Positions 24,701-36,700 of a stretch of DNA of 64,000 bases are shown here, one piece after another. The first letter of the stretch is position 1, and each line of letters begins with the position of its first letter. The notes beneath the pieces are model-generated. The model did not search any database. It saw only the letters and a program-made list of their open reading frames with translations, and had not been told where the DNA came from. Both the position numbers and the translations under genes were made by a program. The stretch is from Phoronis australis. Taxonomy: Eukaryota > Animalia > Phoronida. The stretch covers positions 258,544-322,543 of the forward strand of contig NMRA01000006.1 of NCBI GenBank assembly GCA_002633005.1. The letters are read 5' to 3'.

Positions 24701-27700
24701 CAGTTAGTAGTTAATTTCATACCTTGACCTAATTAGCCGACATCCACATCCGAGCATGTCTTCCGGCATTACACAACGCATTTTCTTCTCATCAGGCAAT
24801 CAGGCAACATTGCGCACTTTTCACATCCACTTAGAGATCAATTCTGAGTCAGTGGTGTATAGACACAAGTGGCGTAATAGCACAGCTGAGTTAACTTACG
24901 AAAATTATTGAATGATATTTACACCCTGACGCTAAGGTTATTAAGGAACTTTAAAAAAATGTCCAAATTTGGCAAACTTCAGAACACCATATCATTAAAT
25001 GACTTATCAGATTCATAAGAAACATTCAGATACCATGCCTTATTCATTGTTCTCCAAACGCTATAAAGAATTGTTTTCAAAATTTTCCACTTTTAAATGA
25101 GGGGCTATCAAAATAGGACTATTACGATTTTTATGAACTCAAAAATTGTGAAAATGAAAGAAAAAACGATAATTTAGAAAACTGCAACAGAGATTTTGAA
25201 ACTTCATCTTGAACGTTTATATATATACCGAACTTAGGTCATGTTATTGATACTGTTTTTTTGCAATGGATGCTAATTTTCACTAAAAAGTCATGGTCAC
25301 GTGACCAACTTATGAGCAGATTGGTATGGTGTCAAAAAACAAATTCTAAAGACTTTCTGCTTTAAACAGACAGACATAAATTTTTACAGAGTTAAAAACT
25401 ATGCTTTCGTACATATTTGGCTCATACCCACAAGGCGATAAGGTCCCACATAACCTTCAGGCAAACATATCTCGGTGGTTTGTTTTATTCGTTCTGACAG
25501 AAACGAGTTGTTGCGCAACCAAGACTTATTACAGACCCAGAAAGGCTCACGAGTGATGTCAAAAGCAGGGATATTCCTGATCAGGGTTGGTTCTGAGCCC
25601 TTTGGGGCACCTGATGGTAAAAAGCGTGCCTTTTTTCGAAAAGTTGTGCCCAGCAGACTTTGAGTAATTAAAGTGGCAACATATGAAACAGAAACCCCAA
25701 GGGCAATCGAAATAAGAACTAAGTCATGTTCTACCCAACTGGCTGGAAGTTGATCTAAGAATTTTGCATTTTTTGAAGAATGTTGCGTTTTAAAAGATGT
25801 GTCCCGTGGGGCGCACTGCTGCAATGTGCTTGCGCCTTTTACTTTGTTGTGCTAATGGCGCAAAGGCACAGTCCAGGAATATCCCTTCAAGAGAGCTCGA
25901 GTGAATGTCGTTGAAAATTATAAATGTTGATCCTAGTTGCGTTTTCAGAAATTTTGTTTTATAATTGTCAATTGATTAGACTAGTAATGCCTCACTAGGT
26001 CACATTGTGCAAAATGACACTGGAGGGTATACTCTATGGATATGTTCAAGTAGTTTTTCATTGTTTTTGAAAATGACACTGGTTATTACCATTTCGGGAA
26101 ATATTGAACACGCTCTACTGCAATTTATCGGTGAAAAGGAGCTCCTGCATGTCGTTAAGTAGAAAAAGTAAGGCAATTACCAGGCTGTTGTTTAGGTCTT
26201 CATCACTTTGAAATAGTAAAACAGATTTGCTAAATTTACAACGCAGAAAATAAAACGGAATTTCATGTTTGTTAAAGTGGATGTCTCTGTTTTCGAAAAC
26301 GGAAAATCAGAGTCTTTGTTAACAGTTTTCCCATCTAGCTCTGTAATAATGCTCTATAACCTCCAGTAGCCCTCAAAACTATTTAGCAAGTTTGAAAACA
26401 CAGTCTGTTAAACTGTCAAGTGTGTCCAACACTTTCTAAGGCAAGTTACACGACAAACATGTGGATAGACTACGTACCAAAAACCGCATGTCCCAATACA
26501 GAGAGTGGTATTTCGGTCAAATCCTTGTTTAGTAAAGGACATTATAGCAAAGATTGAGTGAAATGACCATAACACAGGAGTTTTGCATCCTCCGTGTCAT
26601 GCAACATGCAGGGATAAACTTTCTTCTCAAAAAGTAACCAGCTTTAGACGCAGTATGGCCGACAAGTGAACTTTTTTCTTCAATTCTATCATAAGATAAA
26701 TAGCACCAAATAAATGCTGTATCACTTTTAAAGATCTATTCCATCAGACAATGATTCTGAGAAATTGTGGCTATTCGCAACAATCTTAGAAACCTTTGAA
26801 AATAAAAACAGGTCAATTTTGGCAATCATTTTTGTCTGAAATTGGTGAAATTTCCCAGATCACTTCTGCCTTGCCAGCATTTTTGGCATGTGGATGCTGA
26901 GCCCATCAGAGGCAAATTTCCCTCACCGAACATTCTCTTGGGCATCAAGCTGGCCATCTGAACACACCTAAAAACTCGTCCTTTGTGTAATTCTCTTCTA
27001 ACTCAAACCCAGTGAGTTCCCATTTTCTCAAACAGCAACACCTCCTGCGTCAGGAAGTGGTTATTACCGAGGAGCGGAAACGGCAGGATTACTTGTTAAG
27101 GAAGTGAAGTAACTATATTAGTTCACTATGCTCAAACGATGATCTGTAGTAGTTAGTCAACAGTTGATCAGAATGCTCAATATTGTATTATTATCTCTGA
27201 TGCTCATTATTGTATAGCTCTCTGATGCTCAATAGTTTTAAAAATTACCTCTGATGCTCTATGTTGTACCAATGTCTCCGATGCTCAATATCATCTCTGA
27301 TGGAGCAACAACCCGTGGAATCCCCGGAAAAAATTATCAAATTCGGACATAAACTAGTTCATAACAGTCTTACAACATTCTAACAAATGCTCAAAATTTT
27401 AACTAATTGTTTGGCGACAGCCGTGTCATACTGAGGTTTTTACGAACAAACCCCCATGGGTCTTTATTCAGAGTGCCAAAATTAAAAAATATTCTACAGT
27501 TTTAACTCGGTTATCGGCAGGTTTCACTAAAAACATAGCAACTGGAACCCCCGTCGACAGTAAAATACATAAATGTCGAACACGACTGGGGAAATGTGGT
27601 CGACGGTGCAAACAGTAGAATACACGTATTTCTATTTCAGCGAATGAGGGTGAAGAATCCAACTCAGCTCACCTACCCATGTGTAGGTTCGAATCTTATT

Positions 27701-30700
27701 GGTGTCCTGTGTTCAAGGAACTCTGAAGTTACAGAGGCAAATGTAAAAAATAAAATTGCCACTAGGAGCACAGCTTCAATTGGACTGGTCTGAAACTGGC
27801 CGCCATCTGTTGCCATTTCCATACGAACATATCTGCTAAATTTCAGAAAGATCTTGCAAAGGGTGAAGGAGATACAGCCAAGGACGCAAAAAATAAAACT
27901 GCCACTAGAGGGTGCCTGTGCAGTTGAACACGTCCGAAAAAGGGAAGATAGCATCATCTCATCAACAGATGCCCAACAGCCAAATTTTATGAAAATCCAT
28001 AGAGGACCTCTGAAGATACAGATGTAAACGTAAAAAACTTAAATTGCCACGGGGGGGGGGGCACACCAGTAGTCAGACCCATTTGTAGGTTTGCTCATGC
28101 CATCAAATCTATAAAATTAACACGTGCAAAATTTCTGGAACATACATCAAAGGGTTATGAAGATAGAGCTGTGCACGTGGGACGCAAGATACAGGACGGA
28201 CGGAAAGGGATACAAATATCCGGGCGCATAAAAATGAAACTTTATTTGTCAATCATACCATGTCCTCAACTGAGAAATTTTGACTGTAAACCAAATCGCT
28301 AGATATTGACAATTTTTGTTTAGTTAACCTTATGCTTCATCACATCATATTTCCGTTTTTAGGTCCTCTTTGTTTTCGCTAATTACTTTGGTACGGAAAA
28401 AAAGTACAAAAACGATAACACCCAACGGTGAAATCTTCATACATCTTCAAGAACAACAGTAGTACACCTGAGAAAATTTGACCTCTTAAACTTCGGAGTA
28501 GAGATCATCATTTGGCTGCCGCGCACTCGGATAAATGACAATTAAAACAGTCTAGATCAATGGCAGACCACAAATTAGTCTCGTGATGCCAAACAAGACA
28601 ACTTCCTCTGTTTCACGATTCATTAGCTCTATACGTGTGTGTGCCAGTTTATCCCACAACACCTTACTGTCCTTCTACAAAAAAGGCCACATATTAAACT
28701 CAATAGCATCCACCTGTCAACAAAAAGTTGCCTACAAGAACTCATTTCCCGAAGACCCGGCATCTGATTGGCCGGAAATGAATTCATAGGTCGCTGGATA
28801 TCATACCCCATTCGCGTATTTTTTAACAAGAATGGGACTGAAAAATATGGCGAGATAACGTAAGACCACAAACAATCAGCAGACGAATTCCCAATTCTTC
28901 ACAGTCGATGGTCAACATGACACAAACTATACAAATCAAATGTGATTTTGCTTGCTCCAGATTGTGGCCGACTGAATCCAACATATAGGTAACCACATGG
29001 GAACTCAAAGAGGCCAACCCGCAAATTTGTACTGAAGTGCGAACAACGTCGAGATAGAAATGAAACGAAGAGACATCACTGGCAGATCAAACTGGTCTCA
29101 AGTACAACCACTGATGCCTTTTCAGTGACCCCCTCCCCACCCACCCCCATCACCTAACACGCTCAGGTTTTTATATAGAGCTTTGTACTACACACCACCA
29201 CTGTCTATACACCATAGATTAGCTTCAGAAGTCATGCTAGTAGTTGACACTGGAGCAAATGAAAGAGTGTAACTCGCTCTACCTATCAAACCGGCATTGA
29301 AAACTGGCCGCAGCGGCGTCACTCGCTCCACGTCAGTCATGTTTCGACACACACTTGCGCCGGAGCAGCTGTTCCGTGTTAGCTGCGCCGGGTCACCTGC
29401 GCCGGGTCATTTGTCTCTCGTGCAAATGCGGCTAAACACTACTGTGAAAAATTGGAGCTGGTAGACAGGGATCCATGGGAACTCGTAGGATAGTATCTCA
29501 CAAATTTAGGAAAAAAATAAATTGCCAAACTTCATTTTTAAAGACTTCTGACATTATTACAAACGTCCACAATTTTTCACAACATGATATGTTAAAATGT
29601 CACCAGGGGTTTCTTACAAAACTAGGAATGCCATCAATATTTCAAAACATTGTCCAGTGACAGCTATGGTGCACAACTTGAACATGGCAATGTGCAAATA
29701 TGGTGCTGCATACCTTCTGCAGAAGAAAGAGAAAATAAAAGTTGACTTGTGCAGTCTCACACATGATACAAGCATCCATTTGGTGCTGCTTGTGTTTTAT
29801 GAAAAAAATGACAAAATAAAATGTCACTTCTCCACCATGTTGTGTCTGCTACGAAGGTAAACTTGCTGGTTGATGTGGGGGAAATAAGAAAGCCGGTCAT
29901 ACAAGGCAGGGGACAGATGAGACATGTGACCGCACAGCTTACATACACTGAATGCATGTTTCATATGGTAAATTATAACTGAAATTTGATACAACCGCTA
30001 ACTTTCGGAATGAAATAATAAATCGTTCATTTTCCCAAAGCTGGAGATACCTTAAAATACAGTTTTCACCGACTGAGGTAAGTATGTTATGAGATCTTTC
30101 CATTTCAGTACTCAGTATCGCAATCCAAAGCGCTGCATTCAAACAGCCACATCAATATTGCTATCCTTTCCACTTTCAAATCCAGGTACCCAACGTACTC
30201 CCCAAGCCATTGTCAAACTCTCCTCCCTAATTAGCCCACCAGGAGTTCTCTCGTTAATCATTCAAACAAACTGTCCCCACACCACCCTTTAGGCACTGGT
30301 CAGTTTTCTGTGACATTTAAGTGCTCAAACTGAAAAGGCTTCACTGTCATTCAAGGATCAGTATTCAGGTAGTGCTGTTGAGGTATTGATCAGTCATGAA
30401 GGCATTACACACTGTTTTGTGTTTACCTTGACATGATGGTTCACCTGTACTCAGCAGGTGAACCATGATGTACTCAGCCAGGCACATGCACACCAATACT
30501 TATACCAGGAAGTCACACACAATAACCTATCGTATCGTCCGTGGCGATCTCCACGGTGAGAAACGGACCATCAGGAAGAAGTCGTACAATTGCGGAATTT
30601 CTACAATTTCGCGAGTAGGCCAAGTGGAATTGAAAGTTTCGGAAGAGTTTCCAAAAGAACCATGGAAACAGGGGGGCAACAGTTGAATATAACATGCCCA

Positions 30701-33700
30701 TGTTTTAAGAACCACTGACTAACTTAGTGAACAAACTGGTTTTCAAGATGCGGCATGGAATATCCGGCTATTACCCAAACAGGAGCACGCCATGTCAATG
30801 TCAGATATATTATATAAGTTACGATTTTTACAAACGTCGGACACAATACAACAAACAAGTAAATTGAGGTATTTCTTCACTATGTCGCACAAAAATAATT
30901 GCTTTTATTGATATTTCAAAAGCTGATAACTTCCCTGCAAATAACAAAATTTTACCAAATGTTTTATAACATCTATACTGTTCGATCAAAACAAATAACA
31001 GATAACAATTTTTTAATTTTGATTTTATTCAGAAATTTGAAAAACAAGTTTACATGTAGGCCGGATTGAGCACTAAGAAGGCAAGGCCTTATCATATTTT
31101 TTACTTTTTATAGCATTCGATTAGCGACCTGCATGTAGCCAACCCGAGTATCGAAGTCAGATGATAATTCCCTCTAAATTTGTTTTAAAGTTTGTGTTGA
31201 CTTCCCAACGAGTTTTCCTAGATTTACTACCTTTAATTCACAATTGTTTCGTTGATTTCGTGAAATCAGGTATTTGCCACCAGGCTTAAATTACAACAGG
31301 AAGTAAAGCGAGTCAGAATTGTTAGGCAAAAATTTGCAAGATGGGTGAAATTTGCACCACAAGTGCGTGCGTTCGTCTGCCTTATATGTTCTCTTAACTA
31401 GCCAGTGTGAGGATTTAAGTAGGAAAATGAAGGTACGCCTACACTTAGGCATTTGCAGGGGAAATCGGAGGAGTGGGTGGCATTCGACCTATTTTTGGGA
31501 TACAAAACCTCAGAATGGATTTGGCCGCCTCAGATTTTCAGTTTTGGCAACCTCAGATTTCGATTGGCGGCTTTCGGATTTTTGCTAGGTCGCCAAATGC
31601 GATTAGAAGCAAACAAATTCTGTTATTTTTTAAGTTCTACATCACAGCGACCATGCTTTGAAGTCAAGCCTGGCCCCAACCCACTTCACACTTCTGGGAA
31701 TATCAACCAACACACAAATGGACTGCACTGGCAACTGATTGAGTTAAATTCAATAGGAAAACCACAAATTTCGGTATACACCATTCAAGTGAAATCTCAC
31801 CACTTTGAGATGAATATAACTGCCAAACTTGTACTGTTTTTAATTTTTCAAACGTACTGTTTTGGTTCAACGATAAAACCTCACTAATTTAGAACAAAAA
31901 TAGACTTTGTTAAATTTGCCTTTTTTCGTTTTTCAAAGGTCTCTCACTCTGTTGAGATGTACATCAATTTTCAAAATTTTTCCTCATGGTACCCATGGTA
32001 CTGAGTTTGAACACCGAAAACCATTTATTAGGTGCCACATACCTTTTAACAAAATGTGAAAATCAAATTCCACTAGCCTGTCATAATGTGTCCTTAATTA
32101 GTAAGAATTTAGCTTAGACACAAGTGTCCACATTCCCTCTGCACATCTAGTGCGTCCAGTGGACCAAACATTCAACTTGTCAGGACTTATCTTAATTCCG
32201 TGAGGTCAATGATAACAGTCAGTACAGATGCAAAAAGGACATTAAAATAAGCAAATCTGCTGGTACTTATATCAATAAAAAATACCCAACAAAACTAAGC
32301 AGGTGATTTAGACTTATTTTTTTACGACCTATCAAAAATTACATCAAGGTAAGGAACACACCAAGTCAAAGTTCCTCCTTCACACCTTGGCTGTGTCAAA
32401 AGACACACACTGCCACAGGTTTTTCACAAGGAATCATCAAATATTTCTATATCTTCAAACTGTGGGTGTCATATTGCGTATACAAAATTACTGCGTTGTC
32501 AACGATCTTGCGAGCAAAAAAACAGCATTGAATGAGGGTGTGCCGCACATAGCCAGTTTTTCTAGTACCGTATGTATGTATTTCCGCGCTGCTATTGGCT
32601 TAGGTAAGAGTGGGTCACAACCCTTCGACACATGTTGTTGTTGCCCTACGCCATTTTATTTCAGCCTGATGAAGAGACAAGAACAGTCTCAAATCAAAGC
32701 TGTCATTTTAATGATTAGTTTTACTGCTTTATTGTTGCACTGCGAACCATCATCAAAGATACAGAGAGCTCCAGTGACCAAGTGTTCAAGATATTTTGTC
32801 TACAGGAAGGGCAACTTTTGCCTGTTTAGCTGCATTATTTTGGGAAGACACTTGATAGAACACAACTTTATAGTTGAATAGTACACATTTTACTTGTGTC
32901 CCCTCCTAGGTATGAAGTAACAATCTGAGACTTGGATCAGGAGACAGAGCACATTAGTGGTACAATGGATTGAGCTTCAGACACCCGTGTGGGAGACCTG
33001 TTTCAATCCTGGCTTTACTGGCAGACAAAGGTGTTTCCTACACATCTGAGCTTGGTCATACTAATGAATGTGTGCAAGGGAATGAATGGGAACCTGGATA
33101 TAATACGAAAGCTATTTCTTGGAGTGCACTAATATTAAAAAGACTTGGATCAGTTCAAAACCGCAGTTGCGCTTCGTTGCGAGCCATGGAAACAACACAG
33201 AAATCAATAAAACTGCTAATATTAAAAGTACATTAAATGTCAAGAAACTGACAAAACGTACAATGTTGCCTTGTGGTAGTGATTTGCATTAGACACATGA
33301 GGACAGAGGACCTTATACATAAACAAACGGCTGCAGTAGTAAGTGAAAATTCATTCACAAAGTAAGAATTATTAGTCTCATACACACACCATGCGTTCAC
33401 GTGACTTTTAATTAGATCTGAAAAGATTTATGCCCCGACTCGCACTCGAACCCGAGACCTACTAACCGCGAAGACGCTCCCCAGTCCACTGAGCTATCGG
33501 GACCATCGGTCATCTACAGGGTTCAAGCCCCAGTCGTGGCAAAAACGTTTTCAACTAGAGCAGGTAATAGACTAATAATTCTTATTTATATGATGGAACA
33601 CACTGGCTCAAAACAACACAATTACATGCATTAAGACTCGGTATCTGTTACTAATTGTAGTGGCAGTCATTAGTTTCCAATATTACTGATGCACAACGCT

Positions 33701-36700
33701 GTTAAATAACTTGATAAAGCAATTGCAAAACTGGCGATATGTTCCTAATAGGCCCACACATATTAAACTGAAGGTGTATCTGAAAACAAAGAAATGGCAT
33801 TTTATGAATGGTTGCTATGGGTACACTGCAATCACCTTAACAATGTCATATATGAGGACTCAGGGGACTACAAAGTTACATAATATGACACACTATAGAT
33901 GCCTATTTTGACCACTCGCTTCGATTTTTACATATTTTTGCATAGAACCTTCATATACAGCTACCTGACCACTGTGTCTGTACACTTCCGATAATTATGA
34001 ATCACTTTATGTTCGACTAACATAATGCTATTTCGAAAGCATTGTGGCGTTAGTAAATGGAAGCATTCGCGGATCATCATGTGGATACAGTTGATAGAGC
34101 ATGAGATCCATTCATACCGTTTCCCAAGGTCGATTGGGCAGTCAAGTGATCAACAGAGTAGAGAAGAAAGTCTCTCAAACACATCCTAATATGACTTAAC
34201 AGCTAAATGAAAGTTATGTTAGAAGACTCAAAGGCTTCTAACAATGTTGCGACTAACCAAAATTTCTCAAAACATTACCGGGTGGTAGCTAAGGCAAGGA
34301 ACACAAAATTATAATAATAATATTAATTTGGTGCTGCGTATCTTTTGTGAAAAAAAATGAAAATTCAAAATTCCCCTAGACGGCCATGTTACGTCTTAAA
34401 TTGGCGAGACTTTACAGCAGAATGGAAATAATACAAGTAAATAGACAAATACAGCAACATAATATAACTGTATTTCAAGTTCACATTTACTGTGCTCATC
34501 AAATGTTGCGTATGCATTGTCACATTGACCAGGTGCAAACGCTTCATGTCAGTTCACACGGTGTACTCAGTAACAGCAGCAAGATGGAAGTCTTGACCAA
34601 TCATGGTACCACAAATGAATGTCCAGCAGTATTCAGAACAAAATTTCAAATTTACCCGCAGAGTGCCCCATCGTTGACCGTTTGGCGCAAAATCTGTAAC
34701 CTTCATGCCAAAAATCTGCATTTTTCAAGTAATAACTTCAAGTTCAATCAAAAGAGGGCGTGACACGTCCCAAAATAACAATCGGTTTCAAATCATGTTC
34801 CACTAAAAAGCCACATTTAAAAACACAGTGGTCAGCAGAGTTCATGTTTCTTCCCAACGCGAGACAAATCTTCATTACTTCTATATCTCGGTAATTTCTT
34901 ATCTGCGCTGATGTTGTCAGTGCCCAGGTTCGACCAAGTAAATGTTTTTCCAAACCTGAATCTTGAGCATAATTTCGGGTAACATTCCAGGAATGCATTC
35001 AATTAGTCCTACATTCACGACCCACAGCAAATCCCCTAAGCGAACACAGTTCAAGTACATTAAAAATGCAGGCGACGTTACATTTAGTCACGTTTGCAGG
35101 GGGCGCTTGTTACCATTCTCAGGATAACGCATCAGGGTTAAAAGCCATAGATTTCAGATCTGGGTAGAGTTCAATAACGCTAGGACCTTGCCACAAAAGC
35201 TAGACTTCATGAGATTACGCGACATATTGCCATGTATTTTAAATGACAACACATGATTTTGGCAAGATTTTTCTAGCCGCGAGACAGCTACTGAACTCTA
35301 CCCAGGTGTTAGCCTCAATAAAAAAAAAGTGAATTAACACTACATAGGTGTAAAGTGCTCTAAATACAACAGTGAATGAAACCTAACACTATTCCATTAC
35401 TTTCAAAAACAAATGACAGCCAGCCCTCTATTGTCCATCCTTTAGTGAGAAGTATTGACTTATTGAATCTGCCCAGTAGGATGAAAAGTGGATGCAAATT
35501 GCTTTTAAATAGTGTTTATGTTACTGTGAAATTGACTTCTTTTAAACTGATGTTGATACCAGTGACAATAGTACTGCTTTTGCACAAAAGGCCATAGTCC
35601 ATTCGACACTAGGAAGCCTAGAAAATCACTTCCGAGGCTACTTTTTGGGGGCAAGATAATTTTGGCAGTGTTCACTACACATTCAACACGAAAAATGACC
35701 CGGGAGTGTAAAGCCTTCCTCAAACCAATTTTTCTTGTATTAGAATTTGTTATTTCAAAGGTACGGCACTCTCCACATAGTCCTTAAACCTACGGCAAAA
35801 TGATTTAAGTATGGTAATCCTCCACTTCTTTCGCTCAAAACTAATTGCCAAAATTATCATTTTACATTTTTAAAAGCCGACTTCATCATTGCAAATAACA
35901 GAAACTTAACCAAATGTTGTTTTATGACAACTACACAGTACAAAACATGCGGGTAATACACCAAAATTTCCTTGGTCTTTATTTTTTGTAGAAATTTGAC
36001 AAAACAGAACTTCGCGTCGGCCGTATTGTGTGCTGAATAAGTGAAGAATTGGTGTACGCGACCGTAGGCACACCAATTAATTTGTGAAGTAAGCTTTTTG
36101 CGCCATCTTGTGTGACTGAGAGAAAACATCAACCACAGAACGGCCAATAGCAGTCGTTTCGAAACTTCGCGGGTGCCTACAGTAAAAATAAGTAAATGTC
36201 GCAGGTACCAGAGTATACTGAAAAGAACACTAATGTGAGAGGGTGCCATTCGTATCTATTTCCAATAACTGAGGATTCTAGCGATGACATCACGGAATAA
36301 GCCTAACCCTTCATTACAATCAACAAATTTAAGACTTCAGTAGTCAGAGAGACGTTTTTGACATATAACCAGGAACTAAAATGTTCATAAGTGACCATTC
36401 AAGGTAGACTTTAAGGTAAATGTCAGACCTTTCATGTTTCATCACACAACTGTTTATCGCCAACGGTAACCCATACAGAGAGGTATTTTCTAATTCCACA
36501 CCTTAAAGAGACAGCATCAGCTTAGGGCTTTGACCAGAGCAATAAAAAAAGCAAAATGCATTCAATACTAACAATTCTTACTTATACAATATCAACGCAC
36601 TGAGTTATAACAACACAATTATATACATGCAAGTGCAAACCCAAGTTTAGGCAGGATGCTTTTTATTAAGTCTGTTTGGATTTCTATATTCTGCACGGTT

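Noticed and set aside
25399-25824. 141-aa minus-strand ORF as transposase or nested gene
   Set aside because: No recognisable domain or catalytic motif; no convincing splice context.
32387-32881. 164-aa plus-strand ORF as nested gene
   Set aside because: Non-ATG start, no recognisable motif, composition typical of random AT-rich ORFs.
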